From positions 2,976,001 to 3,040,000 of the forward strand of contig CBDEGZ010000003.1 of assembly GCA_965238175.1 (NCBI GenBank): a stretch of DNA of 64,000 bases, given 5' to 3'. The stretch's first letter is position 1. Each line of letters opens with the position of its first letter. The notes under the pieces were generated by a model, which was not told the DNA's origin, made no database searches, and saw only the letters and a program-made list of their open reading frames with translations. The stretch comes from Gammaproteobacteria bacterium. Lineage in GTDB: Bacteria > Pseudomonadota > Gammaproteobacteria > CAJXQU01. Below are positions 10,861 to 20,267 of the stretch, piece after piece. A program made the translations under genes and the position numbers.

Positions 10861-12033
10861 TTAGCGTGTACTCCGACTTCTTAGATCATCTTGGTTTTTC
10901 ATGCGTTGATCAACACTGTTTGACGTACTTCTGGAACCCGAAGGCAATGTTGATGGTAAAACTGGACGCGGGGATTGTCCTTCTGTGCCTTGTCCTATCG
11001 GCAAGTAAAGAATCTTATCGCCATCGCCAGTATCAAGAAATATCTTACGATTTCTCGATAACACAGACTCTACTGACTCAAGATATAGTCTTTCACGTGT
11101 GACAACAGGTGCTTTCTTGTACTCTGTGAGTAATTGCTCAAAACGACTTGCTTGACCTTGAGCCTGTGCAACGACACGCGCTTTATAAGCCAGAGCATCT
11201 TCCGTCAATCTAGCGGCTTTACCACGGGATTTAGGAATAATTTCATTTTCATAAGCTTGCGCTTCATTGATTAAACGCTCTTTATCTTCACTGGCTTTTT
11301 TGACATCGTCAAAAGCATCTTTTACTTGTTCTGGCGGTTTCGCTGGAAGCATATTGACACTGGTAACAATAATTCCCGACTTATATTGATCAAGCGTATC
11401 TTGTATCAACTTATGGGTGTCGTCAGCAATTGCACCACGCCCTTTTGTCAATATGAAGTCCATATCGCTATGACCAATCACATTTCTGATAGAACTTTCC
11501 GTTGCTTGCAAAAGCGTCGCATCTGGGCCTTTTACATTGAACAGATAGTTCTTCACATCTTTTATCTTGTATTGCACAGCCAATTCGACATCAACGATAT
11601 TTTCATCATTGGTCAACATGGTTGCATGGTGTTTGACAGAATTAATTTTATTAACGTTAACCGGATAAACATACTCGATAGGTTTAGGAAAACGAATATT
11701 AAGACCTGGGTTTAACGTCGTTACGTATTTACCAAATCGTAACACCACACCTCGCTCTGGCTCATCAATAATATGGACAGAATTAAATGCGGCGTAGACT
11801 ATGGCAAGTATGGCAAGTATGGCTATAAAACCTGCATTACCCGAATTACTGCCACCTTCATTACCACCGGAAGATCCTTTGGATTTTTTACCACCAAAAA
11901 TTCCAGAGAGTTTCTCTTGCATATTGCGGATTACTTCATCGAGATCGGGTGGGGCATCGCCTTTATCACGCTGACCCCAGGGATCTTTATCATCACGTTT
12001 TTTATCGTCTTTATCAGGCTCGTTCCAAGCCAT
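10861..12033 (-). CDS. hflK: FtsH modulator HflK
   Basis: MAWNEP...PPDLDE N-terminus, SPFH domain, APVVTRERLYLE. Confidence 0.97.
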   Translation of the reverse strand: MAWNEPDKDDKKRDDKDPWGQRDKGDAPPDLDEVIRNMQEKLSGIFGGKKSKGSSGGNEGGSNSGNAGFIAILAILAIVYAAFNSVHIIDEPERGVVLRFGKYVTTLNPGLNIRFPKPIEYVYPVNVNKINSVKHHATMLTNDENIVDVELAVQYKIKDVKNYLFNVKGPDATLLQATESSIRNVIGHSDMDFILTKGRGAIADDTHKLIQDTLDQYKSGIIVTSVNMLPAKPPEQVKDAFDDVKKASEDKERLINEAQAYENEIIPKSRGKAARLTEDALAYKARVVAQAQGQASRFEQLLTEYKKAPVVTRERLYLESVESVLSRNRKIFLDTGDGDKILYLPIGQGTEGQSPRPVLPSTLPSGSRSTSNSVDQRMKNQDDLRSRSTR

Positions 12034-12080
12034 ACTAATTCTCCAACATATTGTGGTTTTAAGGCAAAGATTGTACGGGG

Positions 12081-13364
12081 CTAGCCAACTTGAGGCAAGC
12101 TACTCACCCCCTCTTCTCGACAGATACTATCAAGGTGTGATTGAGGTAGTTCGACTTTTAACTGCCATATCGCTTCTTTCCCAAGTTTCTCTTCGACAAC
12201 TGCGCCCATTTCATAAAGCTTGGCCCGAACTTGTCCCGCACTCATATCAACAGATAACCAGCGACTGGTTTTATATTGACGAAAAAATTCAGTTATTGCG
12301 GTAAACAATTCCTCGACACCTTCTCCAGTGACAGAAGACAGCCAGACTCTTTTCGGCAAACCATCATCTCCATAATCAATTCGTGGTGCCACACCTTCAA
12401 GCAGATCAATTTTGTTCCAGACTTCGATAATGGGAACTTTGCCCGCCCCCATCTCTTCGATCACATCCTTCACATTTTCAATCCGTTCCAGACGCCCATC
12501 GGAACTGGCATCAATAATATGCAGTAGTAAATCAGCCTGACGAGTTTCTTCTAAAGTGGCACGAAAAGCTGCCACTAGATCGTGGGGTAAATGACGGATA
12601 AACCCTACAGTATCACTCAGTACCAGTGCACCCGCACCAGGAATGTGAATACGACGTAAAGTTGGATCGAGTGTTGCAAAAAGTTGATCAGCAGCATAAA
12701 CCTTCGCACCGGTCAGACGATTAAATAACGTTGATTTTCCTGCATTGGTATAACCCACCAATGAGATAGACGAAACATCTGCTCGCCGGCGAGATTTACG
12801 ACTTTCATCTCGTTGTGAACGCACTTTCTCTAAACGAGAATTGATCTGTTTGATTCGAGCACCAATCAAACGCCGATCAGTTTCTAACTGAGTCTCCCCT
12901 GGTCCGCGTAAACCAATCCCACCCTTTTGTCTTTCCAAATGAGTCCACCCTCGAATTAACCGCGTCGAAAGATGTTTTAACTGCGCCAGTTCAACCTGTA
13001 AATTACCTTCAAAAGTACTTGCTCGTTGAGCAAAAATATCCAAAATCAGACCTGTTCGATCTAATACTCGACATTCAAGAGTCGCTTCAATATTCCTTTC
13101 TTGAGCAGGACTCAAAGAATGATCAAATATGACTAATTCTGCTGCGCCTGATTCTATTAGGGATTTAATCTCATCGAGCTTGCCTTTGCCGACAAAATAT
13201 TTTGGATCAGGTGTACTTCGACTGCCAGTGACTACACCCGCAATTTCTGCACCTGCGGATTCAGCAAGCTCTACCAGTTCGTCTAGATCATCTGAGGATT
13301 CTGCATAGTGTATTTCAAGGTGAACGAGAATTGCTCGTTCACCTTGTTGAGGACGATCAAACAA
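12081..13364 (-). CDS. hflX: ribosome-splitting GTPase HflX
   Basis: GYTNAGKST, DTVGFI, NKID G-motifs. Confidence 0.98.
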   Translation of the reverse strand: MFDRPQQGERAILVHLEIHYAESSDDLDELVELAESAGAEIAGVVTGSRSTPDPKYFVGKGKLDEIKSLIESGAAELVIFDHSLSPAQERNIEATLECRVLDRTGLILDIFAQRASTFEGNLQVELAQLKHLSTRLIRGWTHLERQKGGIGLRGPGETQLETDRRLIGARIKQINSRLEKVRSQRDESRKSRRRADVSSISLVGYTNAGKSTLFNRLTGAKVYAADQLFATLDPTLRRIHIPGAGALVLSDTVGFIRHLPHDLVAAFRATLEETRQADLLLHIIDASSDGRLERIENVKDVIEEMGAGKVPIIEVWNKIDLLEGVAPRIDYGDDGLPKRVWLSSVTGEGVEELFTAITEFFRQYKTSRWLSVDMSAGQVRAKLYEMGAVVEEKLGKEAIWQLKVELPQSHLDSICREEGVSSLPQVG

Positions 13365-13372
13365 ATTGGTGC

Positions 13373-13621
13373 TTACTCTTCCTCGCCATCAAGATCATCA
13401 TCTGTACGCGGCAACTTAATATTTCGCGCCGGCACTACCGTGGAAACAGCATGCTTATATACCATCTGACTGACTGAATTTTTGAGTAATATAACAAACT
13501 GATCAAAAGATTCGATTTGACCTTGTAATTTAATACCATTTACAAGAAAAATTGAAACTGGAACACGTTCCTTTCGTAATGCATTTAAATATGGTTCTTG
13601 AAGTGATTGGCCTTTGCCCAT
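13373..13621 (-). CDS. hfq: RNA chaperone Hfq
   Basis: [28 protein letters not shown]...[10 protein letters not shown]. Confidence 0.99.
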   Translation of the reverse strand: MGKGQSLQEPYLNALRKERVPVSIFLVNGIKLQGQIESFDQFVILLKNSVSQMVYKHAVSTVVPARNIKLPRTDDDLDGEEE

Positions 13622-13766
13622 TGTAGATCCCCACTCTTATTTTAGTTATAGAATCTAGTCCGTAATTAACGGTAGAAACTGACAACATGAAAATTGAAAC
13701 TATAGAAAACGCTGTACTTCCCCTTAATCTAAGCACTCGTCTATGTAAACTTAACTAGTATATACC

Positions 13767-14711
13767 CTATTTCGACAAAAATAATTCTTCATTGTTCAGA
13801 ATTTGTAAAATTTCATGGATAGAACGTGATTTATCCACGAAAATTCGATAAGCATTTTCTACTGAACGAAACCAGGTCAGTTGGCGTTTAGCCAGTTGAC
13901 GAGTCGCAACTACGGCTTTTTCGATCATTGTCTCTCGATCGATGACACCTTGTAAGTGGTTCAAAACCTGCCGATAACCCACTAGACGCATAGACGGACT
14001 TTCGGCATTTAGATTAAATTTCTCTCGAATGTTTTCTACTTCTTCTATGAGTCCATTCTCGATCATTTGATCAAATCGTATCTCTAGTCTCTTATGAAGC
14101 CAGGATCGATCCTTCGGCTCAAAAATAAAATTGATTGGAGTATACGGAAAATCAGCTCTTTGACCTTCCTCATGAAAAGAAGTAATTGTCTTTCCACTAA
14201 TTTCATAGACTTCCAACGCCCGCTCAATGCGTTGTGGATCATTTGGATGTATACGTTCCGCTGCAACTGGATCAATCATAGCCAGTCGATCATGCATCGC
14301 TTGCCAGCCAAAATCTTTAGCCTGTTTCTCCAATTCTTGTCGTATCAAAACATTTGCGGATGGAAGTTCAGAGATACCCTCAAGTAAAGCTCTAAAATAG
14401 AATCCCGTACCTCCAACGAGTAGCGGAATTTTTCCAGCCTTAGTAATTTCTTCAATCTCAACTAAGGCATCTTTTCTAAAACTTGCAGCAGAATAAACCT
14501 CATCCGGATCGATGATATCGATCAAATGATGTGGTGCTTTTTGTAAGATCTCCTTTTCAGGTTTTGCTGTCCCAATGTCCATGCCACGATAAACCAGCGC
14601 AGAATCTACACTGATAATTTCAAAGGGGAATCGTGAAACCAGCTCCACGGCAAGATCTGTTTTACCGGTGCCGGTCGGCCCCATGATTGAGATAACATAA
14701 GGTAAACTCAT
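13767..14711 (-). CDS. miaA: tRNA dimethylallyltransferase
   Basis: GPTGTGKT, DSALVYRGMDIGTAKP, TRQLAKRQLTW. Confidence 0.98.
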   Translation of the reverse strand: MSLPYVISIMGPTGTGKTDLAVELVSRFPFEIISVDSALVYRGMDIGTAKPEKEILQKAPHHLIDIIDPDEVYSAASFRKDALVEIEEITKAGKIPLLVGGTGFYFRALLEGISELPSANVLIRQELEKQAKDFGWQAMHDRLAMIDPVAAERIHPNDPQRIERALEVYEISGKTITSFHEEGQRADFPYTPINFIFEPKDRSWLHKRLEIRFDQMIENGLIEEVENIREKFNLNAESPSMRLVGYRQVLNHLQGVIDRETMIEKAVVATRQLAKRQLTWFRSVENAYRIFVDKSRSIHEILQILNNEELFLSK

Positions 14712-14724
14712 TATTGACTAACAA

Positions 14725-16509
14725 TCATCGTTTACAAATCATGGTTAATAATTCTTCGGCCGATAATTTTCTTAGCCAACTCTGTGACTCAATTTTTGAA
14801 AATTTTCTATCAATTTCCTCAATGAATTTTTGTGGCTCTGAAAGTATGAATTTTTGAGAATGGTAATTCGCTAGTCGAGTAATTAATTCAAGTTTTCTAT
14901 CGTCAAGGTGTTGGCTAGCTAGCTGTTTCAAAAACGACAAGATCATAGTAAGAAATTGATCAAGATTCTGAATAGAAACAATCGCTGGCAGCTGTCTCAA
15001 CTGCATAGGTCCAAATTCGTTTTCGGATAAAATAATTCCAACTTCTGAAAGTAATTTGGAATATTCATTAAACAGCTTAATATCATTTTTTCCAAAAATG
15101 ATATTAACAGGAAAAAGTAATGGCTTTGAAATAACCGAACCACTTTCTAATTCCAATTTAAGTTGTTGTAAACATATCGCAGCGGAAGCTTCTTTTATAT
15201 TAATAAGTATTAATTGATCATCTTCTTTTACTAATAACACTTCACCAACTTTCGCTATTTTCTGATCAGCCTCCTGTTCAAAATCTTGATTGAAATTTTG
15301 TGAGATTTTCGTTTCTTTCACTTTTACAGTTTTAAGATCAGGAAAATAAGTTGCACCTGATTCTTTAACCTCACCCTGGCTATTCTCTTGTTGGTAGTTT
15401 GGTCTTGATTTTAAATGTGAAACAGAAATTGATCGTGCATCAGGAACAACATTTTTTATGACACTTTCTTGATAAGTAATCGTGTTTTGATCAGATAAAA
15501 TTCGATTTAACGCACTATAAATAAAATCATGAATTGTTCTTCCTTCACGAAAACGCACTTCTGTTTTTGCCGGATGAACATTCACATCCACCATCGAAGG
15601 ATCCATTTGTAGATAAAGTGCAAAAGTGGCATAACGTCCTTCCGGAAGAATATCTTGATAAGCTTGTACAATCGCATGATTAATACGCTTATCTTTAATG
15701 CAACGTCCATTCAAACAAAAAAATTGTGCATCGTTCATGGTTCTTGCCGCGTCGGCATTCCCAACCCATCCGGTAAGCTTTATTTCACGATCCTGTGCAT
15801 CAATTCGACAGGCATTCTGCATAAACCGAGTTCCACAAACATCACTAACTCGCTTTTTCCCGTCATTGTCAGTAATTGACTTAAGATCAACTATTTGTCG
15901 TCCATTATGAGTTAAACGCACTGCAATTTCTGGATGACTTATAGAAAAATGTCGAACTAATTGTTGGATCTGATAGAACTCCGTTCGCTCTGTACGTAAA
16001 TATTTTCGTCTCGCCGGAACGTTAAAAAACAGATCTCGAATGTCAACCGTCGTACCCACTGGGTGTGATGCTGGTTCTGCTTCAACACCGGTAGGATCTT
16101 CTCGACCTTCAGATTTTATCATCCAGGCATGATCACTTTCCTGAAATCCAGACGTGACTGTTAATCGAGAAATGGAGGCAATACTCGGCAACGCTTCACC
16201 CCGAAAGCCCATGGTAATCAAATGCTGCAAATCATCAAGCTGGGTAATTTTACTGGTCGCATGTCGTGTCAACGCTAGTTTCAGATCGTCTTGATGAATA
16301 CCGATTCCATTATCTTTAACGCGAATTAAACCAACACCGCCATGTTCGATATCGATCACAATTTTCGATGCGCCTGCATCTAATGAATTGTCCAATAATT
16401 CTTTCACAACAGAGGCTGGCCGTTCAATTACTTCACCCGCCGCGATCTGATTGATCAAATGATCCGGTAATAACCTGACTTGCGATATTCGAGCGACAGC
16501 TTTTTGCAT
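14725..16509 (-). CDS. mutL: DNA mismatch repair protein MutL (C-terminal endonuclease motifs degenerate)
   Basis: NQIAAGEVIERPASVVKEL, GFRGEALPSI, VDVNVHPAKTEVRF. Confidence 0.97.
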   Translation of the reverse strand: MQKAVARISQVRLLPDHLINQIAAGEVIERPASVVKELLDNSLDAGASKIVIDIEHGGVGLIRVKDNGIGIHQDDLKLALTRHATSKITQLDDLQHLITMGFRGEALPSIASISRLTVTSGFQESDHAWMIKSEGREDPTGVEAEPASHPVGTTVDIRDLFFNVPARRKYLRTERTEFYQIQQLVRHFSISHPEIAVRLTHNGRQIVDLKSITDNDGKKRVSDVCGTRFMQNACRIDAQDREIKLTGWVGNADAARTMNDAQFFCLNGRCIKDKRINHAIVQAYQDILPEGRYATFALYLQMDPSMVDVNVHPAKTEVRFREGRTIHDFIYSALNRILSDQNTITYQESVIKNVVPDARSISVSHLKSRPNYQQENSQGEVKESGATYFPDLKTVKVKETKISQNFNQDFEQEADQKIAKVGEVLLVKEDDQLILINIKEASAAICLQQLKLELESGSVISKPLLFPVNIIFGKNDIKLFNEYSKLLSEVGIILSENEFGPMQLRQLPAIVSIQNLDQFLTMILSFLKQLASQHLDDRKLELITRLANYHSQKFILSEPQKFIEEIDRKFSKIESQSWLRKLSAEELLTMICKR

Positions 16510-16757
16510 GCTGATATAATAAAACGAAAGATGATTCCCCGATACAGCTGACCGACTTATTTTGTAAAATTGGGGTAGACAATAAAAATACCAGCTGTTG
16601 CTATAGCAATAGGATCATTTGGAATACATTCCATCATTCTATGCTTCAACTATATGATAATATTACCGCTCAAATTCACATGGGTGTAATCGTCAAATAC
16701 TTTATTTAATGATTAATATTGGTACGTTCCTCTGACTCAGATAAAAATTAGAATAGT

Positions 16758-19115
16758 ATGGACAAATTAATTATTTCGATATTTAAAATAAAACAAATAG
16801 GTGCATCATTAGTATTTAGCCTTCTTCTACTTACCTTAAGCTTGATCACTTCAAACCCAGTCTATGCAGAATCGTTTAAAATAGGGTTTGTTTCAGATAA
16901 TGCTGTCGAATCAACTAGACTGCAGGCACTTATCATCAAAGAGCTGTCCCCTTTTATCGAAGATTCAGCAGGTATTGAGTTCGTCAGTTTCAACACTTTA
17001 CCCTCTCCACAGTTTTTTCAGGAACAAGTAGACAAGGCTAGTTCTGACCCAGATATTAAAGTCATTATTGCGCCTGGTTTTCTAGGCAGCCAATTTATTT
17101 ACCACCAAACATCATTTACCAAACCCACATTTTTATCCTGGGTTATCGATCCAAACCTGATCGGTAGTGAAGTAAAAAACAACACTCCAAACTTATATTG
17201 GCTTAGTACGCGCAACGATATTGAAACCACTTTTAAAACGATTGTCGAAGTTATTGGACAAAAACCCATAACTCTGATCGCAGATACTGGAGCGGCAAGT
17301 TTAGGAGAATCCTTTTTTGCCGGGTTAAAGAAAAAAGCTGGAAAATTTGGTATTGAATTTTCTGTCACATTATTAGACAAATCAAAGCCCATTGCTGAAC
17401 AAATAGATCCCAAAATCGCTTTGGCCATGGTACCTCCTCTGCGAGAAGGTACTTCAGATCTTATTCAGCAGATCCAAGCAGCGAACATTCCTGTCTTTAC
17501 ATTTGAAGGTCCCCAAATCGTAGAAGAAGGTGCCATGATGACGGATATCGTTAATGCTAACGAATCATTAATTGCACGTAGTATCGCACTGGATATATAT
17601 GGTCTTTTTCAAGGTGAAAAACTAGAACCTGGCCCACGTTGGTTAGAATCAGAACATCATCTGACCTTGAATATAAGCTCGGCACAACAAATGGGTATTG
17701 ATTTACCCATTGAAGCGCTTTCATCTGCAACCGTCGTTAGGTTTGCTAATATTAATACTGAAAGTATCACCTTAGAAAATGCGTTTCAGTGGGTTTTAGA
17801 CAAGAATCCTGATTTAGCCCAGTCCCGCAACAATATTGATTTAGCCGAAGAGTCGATCATTCAAGCTGAGTCATCACTTTACCCACAACTTAATGCCTCA
17901 GTGAGTCATACAAGATTTAGTAACAGTGGAAATACAGTTGAGACTGGCAACCCTGATCAAAACACGCTGGCTTCCGTCGATTTTTCCCAAGTAATCTACT
18001 CAGTAGTAGATCGCACTAATCATGAAGTGGCAAAATTAAATAAAAAAAGTCGACAGTATCTGGACGATGCTAACAATCAAAATTTAGTGGTGAATACCTT
18101 AAATGTGTTTTTACAGGTATTAATTTCGGAAGCAAGTTTATCTGCACAACAAGAGAATGTCCGACTAGCCAGATCAAATTTATCTATGGCTCAAAAACGA
18201 GTCAATTTGGGTAGTGGCATAATTGGTGATGTGTATAACTCTGAGGCCACGATAGCGACAGCCAATTCCGAATTATTAGCTGCACGCATAGGAGCATTAG
18301 AGGCAAGGCGTTTACTTATGGATATAAGTAATACTGAGTTTGACGAAAACGCCGTATTTGCTGATGTCGACCTGGATCACCCCAGTGTGGCCACCAGCCA
18401 TCAATTAGTAAAGCCGCTTCTGGAAACGTTGAGTGGTATACAAAAATTGGCTAGCTGGAGTTCAAAACAAGCCGTAAAAGAATCCCCTAACTTACAAGCT
18501 TCGATGGTGACAATGGACTCAAACCGACTTCAGGTTAAGGCTGCAAACAAAGTGCGATATACACCTGAAGTTAATTTAGTAGGCAAAGCCTATAGCTATT
18601 TAGATAGTTCAAGAGGATCTTCTGGTACAACATTTGATGATGTGGATGATATTAGTTTGAGTATTAATGTCACCGTGCCATTATGGACCAGCGGACGCAA
18701 CACTAGTCTACTACGTCAGGCGCATAAACAATTATTAGACTCAGAGCTAGAATACCTTGCGGGCAAAAACACCGCTCAGGTAAATACGCGAAATGCGGTT
18801 TATAGCTTGGCGCAGGCCTGGCAAGATATAAAACTAGGCAAAATAGCACTATCCTCTGCGGAAAAAAGTTTAGAGATAAACCAACGATCCTACGCCAGCG
18901 GAGCCATAACAATAGAAAACCTGCAAAGTATCCAAAACACCTATATTTCTGCTTTAAATAGCGATAAAACTAACCTTTATCAATACATACAAGCATTAGG
19001 CAACTGGCAACTTCAAGTTGCCGCAGTAAGTTACTTAATGGAAGCAGCGAGCTTTCAACAATGGTCGGTAGATTTTCGAACCCAACTGTCCAAACTTGAC
19101 CCTGATCACAATTAA
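16758..19115 (+). CDS. TolC-family outer membrane efflux protein with N-terminal ABC substrate-binding-like domain
   Basis: 785 aa. C-terminal ~450 aa has OEP repeats (ITLENAFQWVLDKNPDL...LYPQLNAS; YTPEVNL...VTVPLWTSG); N-terminal ~300 aa is alpha/beta and PBP-like. Precedes MFP and RND genes. Confidence 0.8.
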   Translation: MDKLIISIFKIKQIGASLVFSLLLLTLSLITSNPVYAESFKIGFVSDNAVESTRLQALIIKELSPFIEDSAGIEFVSFNTLPSPQFFQEQVDKASSDPDIKVIIAPGFLGSQFIYHQTSFTKPTFLSWVIDPNLIGSEVKNNTPNLYWLSTRNDIETTFKTIVEVIGQKPITLIADTGAASLGESFFAGLKKKAGKFGIEFSVTLLDKSKPIAEQIDPKIALAMVPPLREGTSDLIQQIQAANIPVFTFEGPQIVEEGAMMTDIVNANESLIARSIALDIYGLFQGEKLEPGPRWLESEHHLTLNISSAQQMGIDLPIEALSSATVVRFANINTESITLENAFQWVLDKNPDLAQSRNNIDLAEESIIQAESSLYPQLNASVSHTRFSNSGNTVETGNPDQNTLASVDFSQVIYSVVDRTNHEVAKLNKKSRQYLDDANNQNLVVNTLNVFLQVLISEASLSAQQENVRLARSNLSMAQKRVNLGSGIIGDVYNSEATIATANSELLAARIGALEARRLLMDISNTEFDENAVFADVDLDHPSVATSHQLVKPLLETLSGIQKLASWSSKQAVKESPNLQASMVTMDSNRLQVKAANKVRYTPEVNLVGKAYSYLDSSRGSSGTTFDDVDDISLSINVTVPLWTSGRNTSLLRQAHKQLLDSELEYLAGKNTAQVNTRNAVYSLAQAWQDIKLGKIALSSAEKSLEINQRSYASGAITIENLQSIQNTYISALNSDKTNLYQYIQALGNWQLQVAAVSYLMEAASFQQWSVDFRTQLSKLDPDHN

Positions 19116-19137
19116 CTAATTCTTATATAAAAATACT

Positions 19138-20256
19138 ATGCATTCCTTAATCAAATCTGCAAATGTGCTATTCATTGCCACACTAGTTATCATCAGCATT
19201 TCAAGCTGCGGTGAGAAAGAGACAGAAGTCTCTACTGTTCCAGAAGTGATCAAAGCTGTAAAAACTCAAATAATAAAAGGTCAATCGAGCGCTTTAGAGA
19301 GAGTACTCTCCGGCACGACCATTTCGGCTAACGAGCAAGATCTCAGCTTCCGAGTTTCTGGAGTCATTGTCGAATTACCAGTCCAGGTAGGAGACGCGCT
19401 TAATAAGGGCGACTTAATTGCGCGTCTGGATAGCACCGATTTTGAGATATCTTCTCGCCAGGCAAATGCCAGTGTATCTCAAGCCAAAGCTGCACAGGTT
19501 AATGCTCAACTCGCATATAAACGATCGAAAGAGCTTTATGCTGCACAAGCAGCAAGCTTGGCTGACTTAGAGTCGGCTAAAGCAAATGCCGACAGCGCGA
19601 AAGCCAGTTTATCCGTCGCACAACAACAACTGAACTCCACCCTTAAAAACAAACAATATACAAAGCTATCGAGTAGTTCTGACAACTGCGTGGTTATGAC
19701 GGTTCCCGCCTCCATTAACAGCAATATCAATGCAGGTTCCCCAGTGGTTAATTTATCTTGTGGGAAATTTCTACGAGCGAAAATCACCGTACCAGAAGCA
19801 TTTATTGATCAAATAAATGTCGGCAAAGAAGTGGCTGTTTCTATTCCCAGTGCCCGTTCTCAACCTTTTCCAGGAACTGTTGTTGAAGTTGGAGTAAGTA
19901 ATAACAATGCTGCTGGGTTTGATGTGGAGGTTGAGCTCCAGGAAGCAGATGAACATTTAAGAGTTGGCCTTGTGACTTCGGTCACTTTAAAACTTGGAAA
20001 GGATGATTCCACTCAGACCACGCTACTTTCACTACAGGCAATTTTGCAGGATGCAACCAGTAAGTTCGTTTATGTATTAGATCCTACTGAGACTGCAGGC
20101 GTATTTACTGCAACACGAAGAGATATCGTTACAGGCGAACTACGTAATAGCGGTATTGAGGTATCAAATGGCTTGTCCGAAGGCGATGAAGTCATCGTCT
20201 CTGGAACCTCAAGAGTGAGTGCAGGTATGAAAGTAAAACATCTGGGAAGTAAGTAA
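19138..20256 (+). CDS. RND efflux periplasmic adaptor (MFP), lipoprotein
   Basis: lipobox ISSC, LSFRVSGVIVELPVQVGD lipoyl-like motif, coiled coil, GLSEGDEVIVSG. Confidence 0.93.
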   Translation: MHSLIKSANVLFIATLVIISISSCGEKETEVSTVPEVIKAVKTQIIKGQSSALERVLSGTTISANEQDLSFRVSGVIVELPVQVGDALNKGDLIARLDSTDFEISSRQANASVSQAKAAQVNAQLAYKRSKELYAAQAASLADLESAKANADSAKASLSVAQQQLNSTLKNKQYTKLSSSSDNCVVMTVPASINSNINAGSPVVNLSCGKFLRAKITVPEAFIDQINVGKEVAVSIPSARSQPFPGTVVEVGVSNNNAAGFDVEVELQEADEHLRVGLVTSVTLKLGKDDSTQTTLLSLQAILQDATSKFVYVLDPTETAGVFTATRRDIVTGELRNSGIEVSNGLSEGDEVIVSGTSRVSAGMKVKHLGSK

Positions 20257-20267
20257 GAGATAATAAA

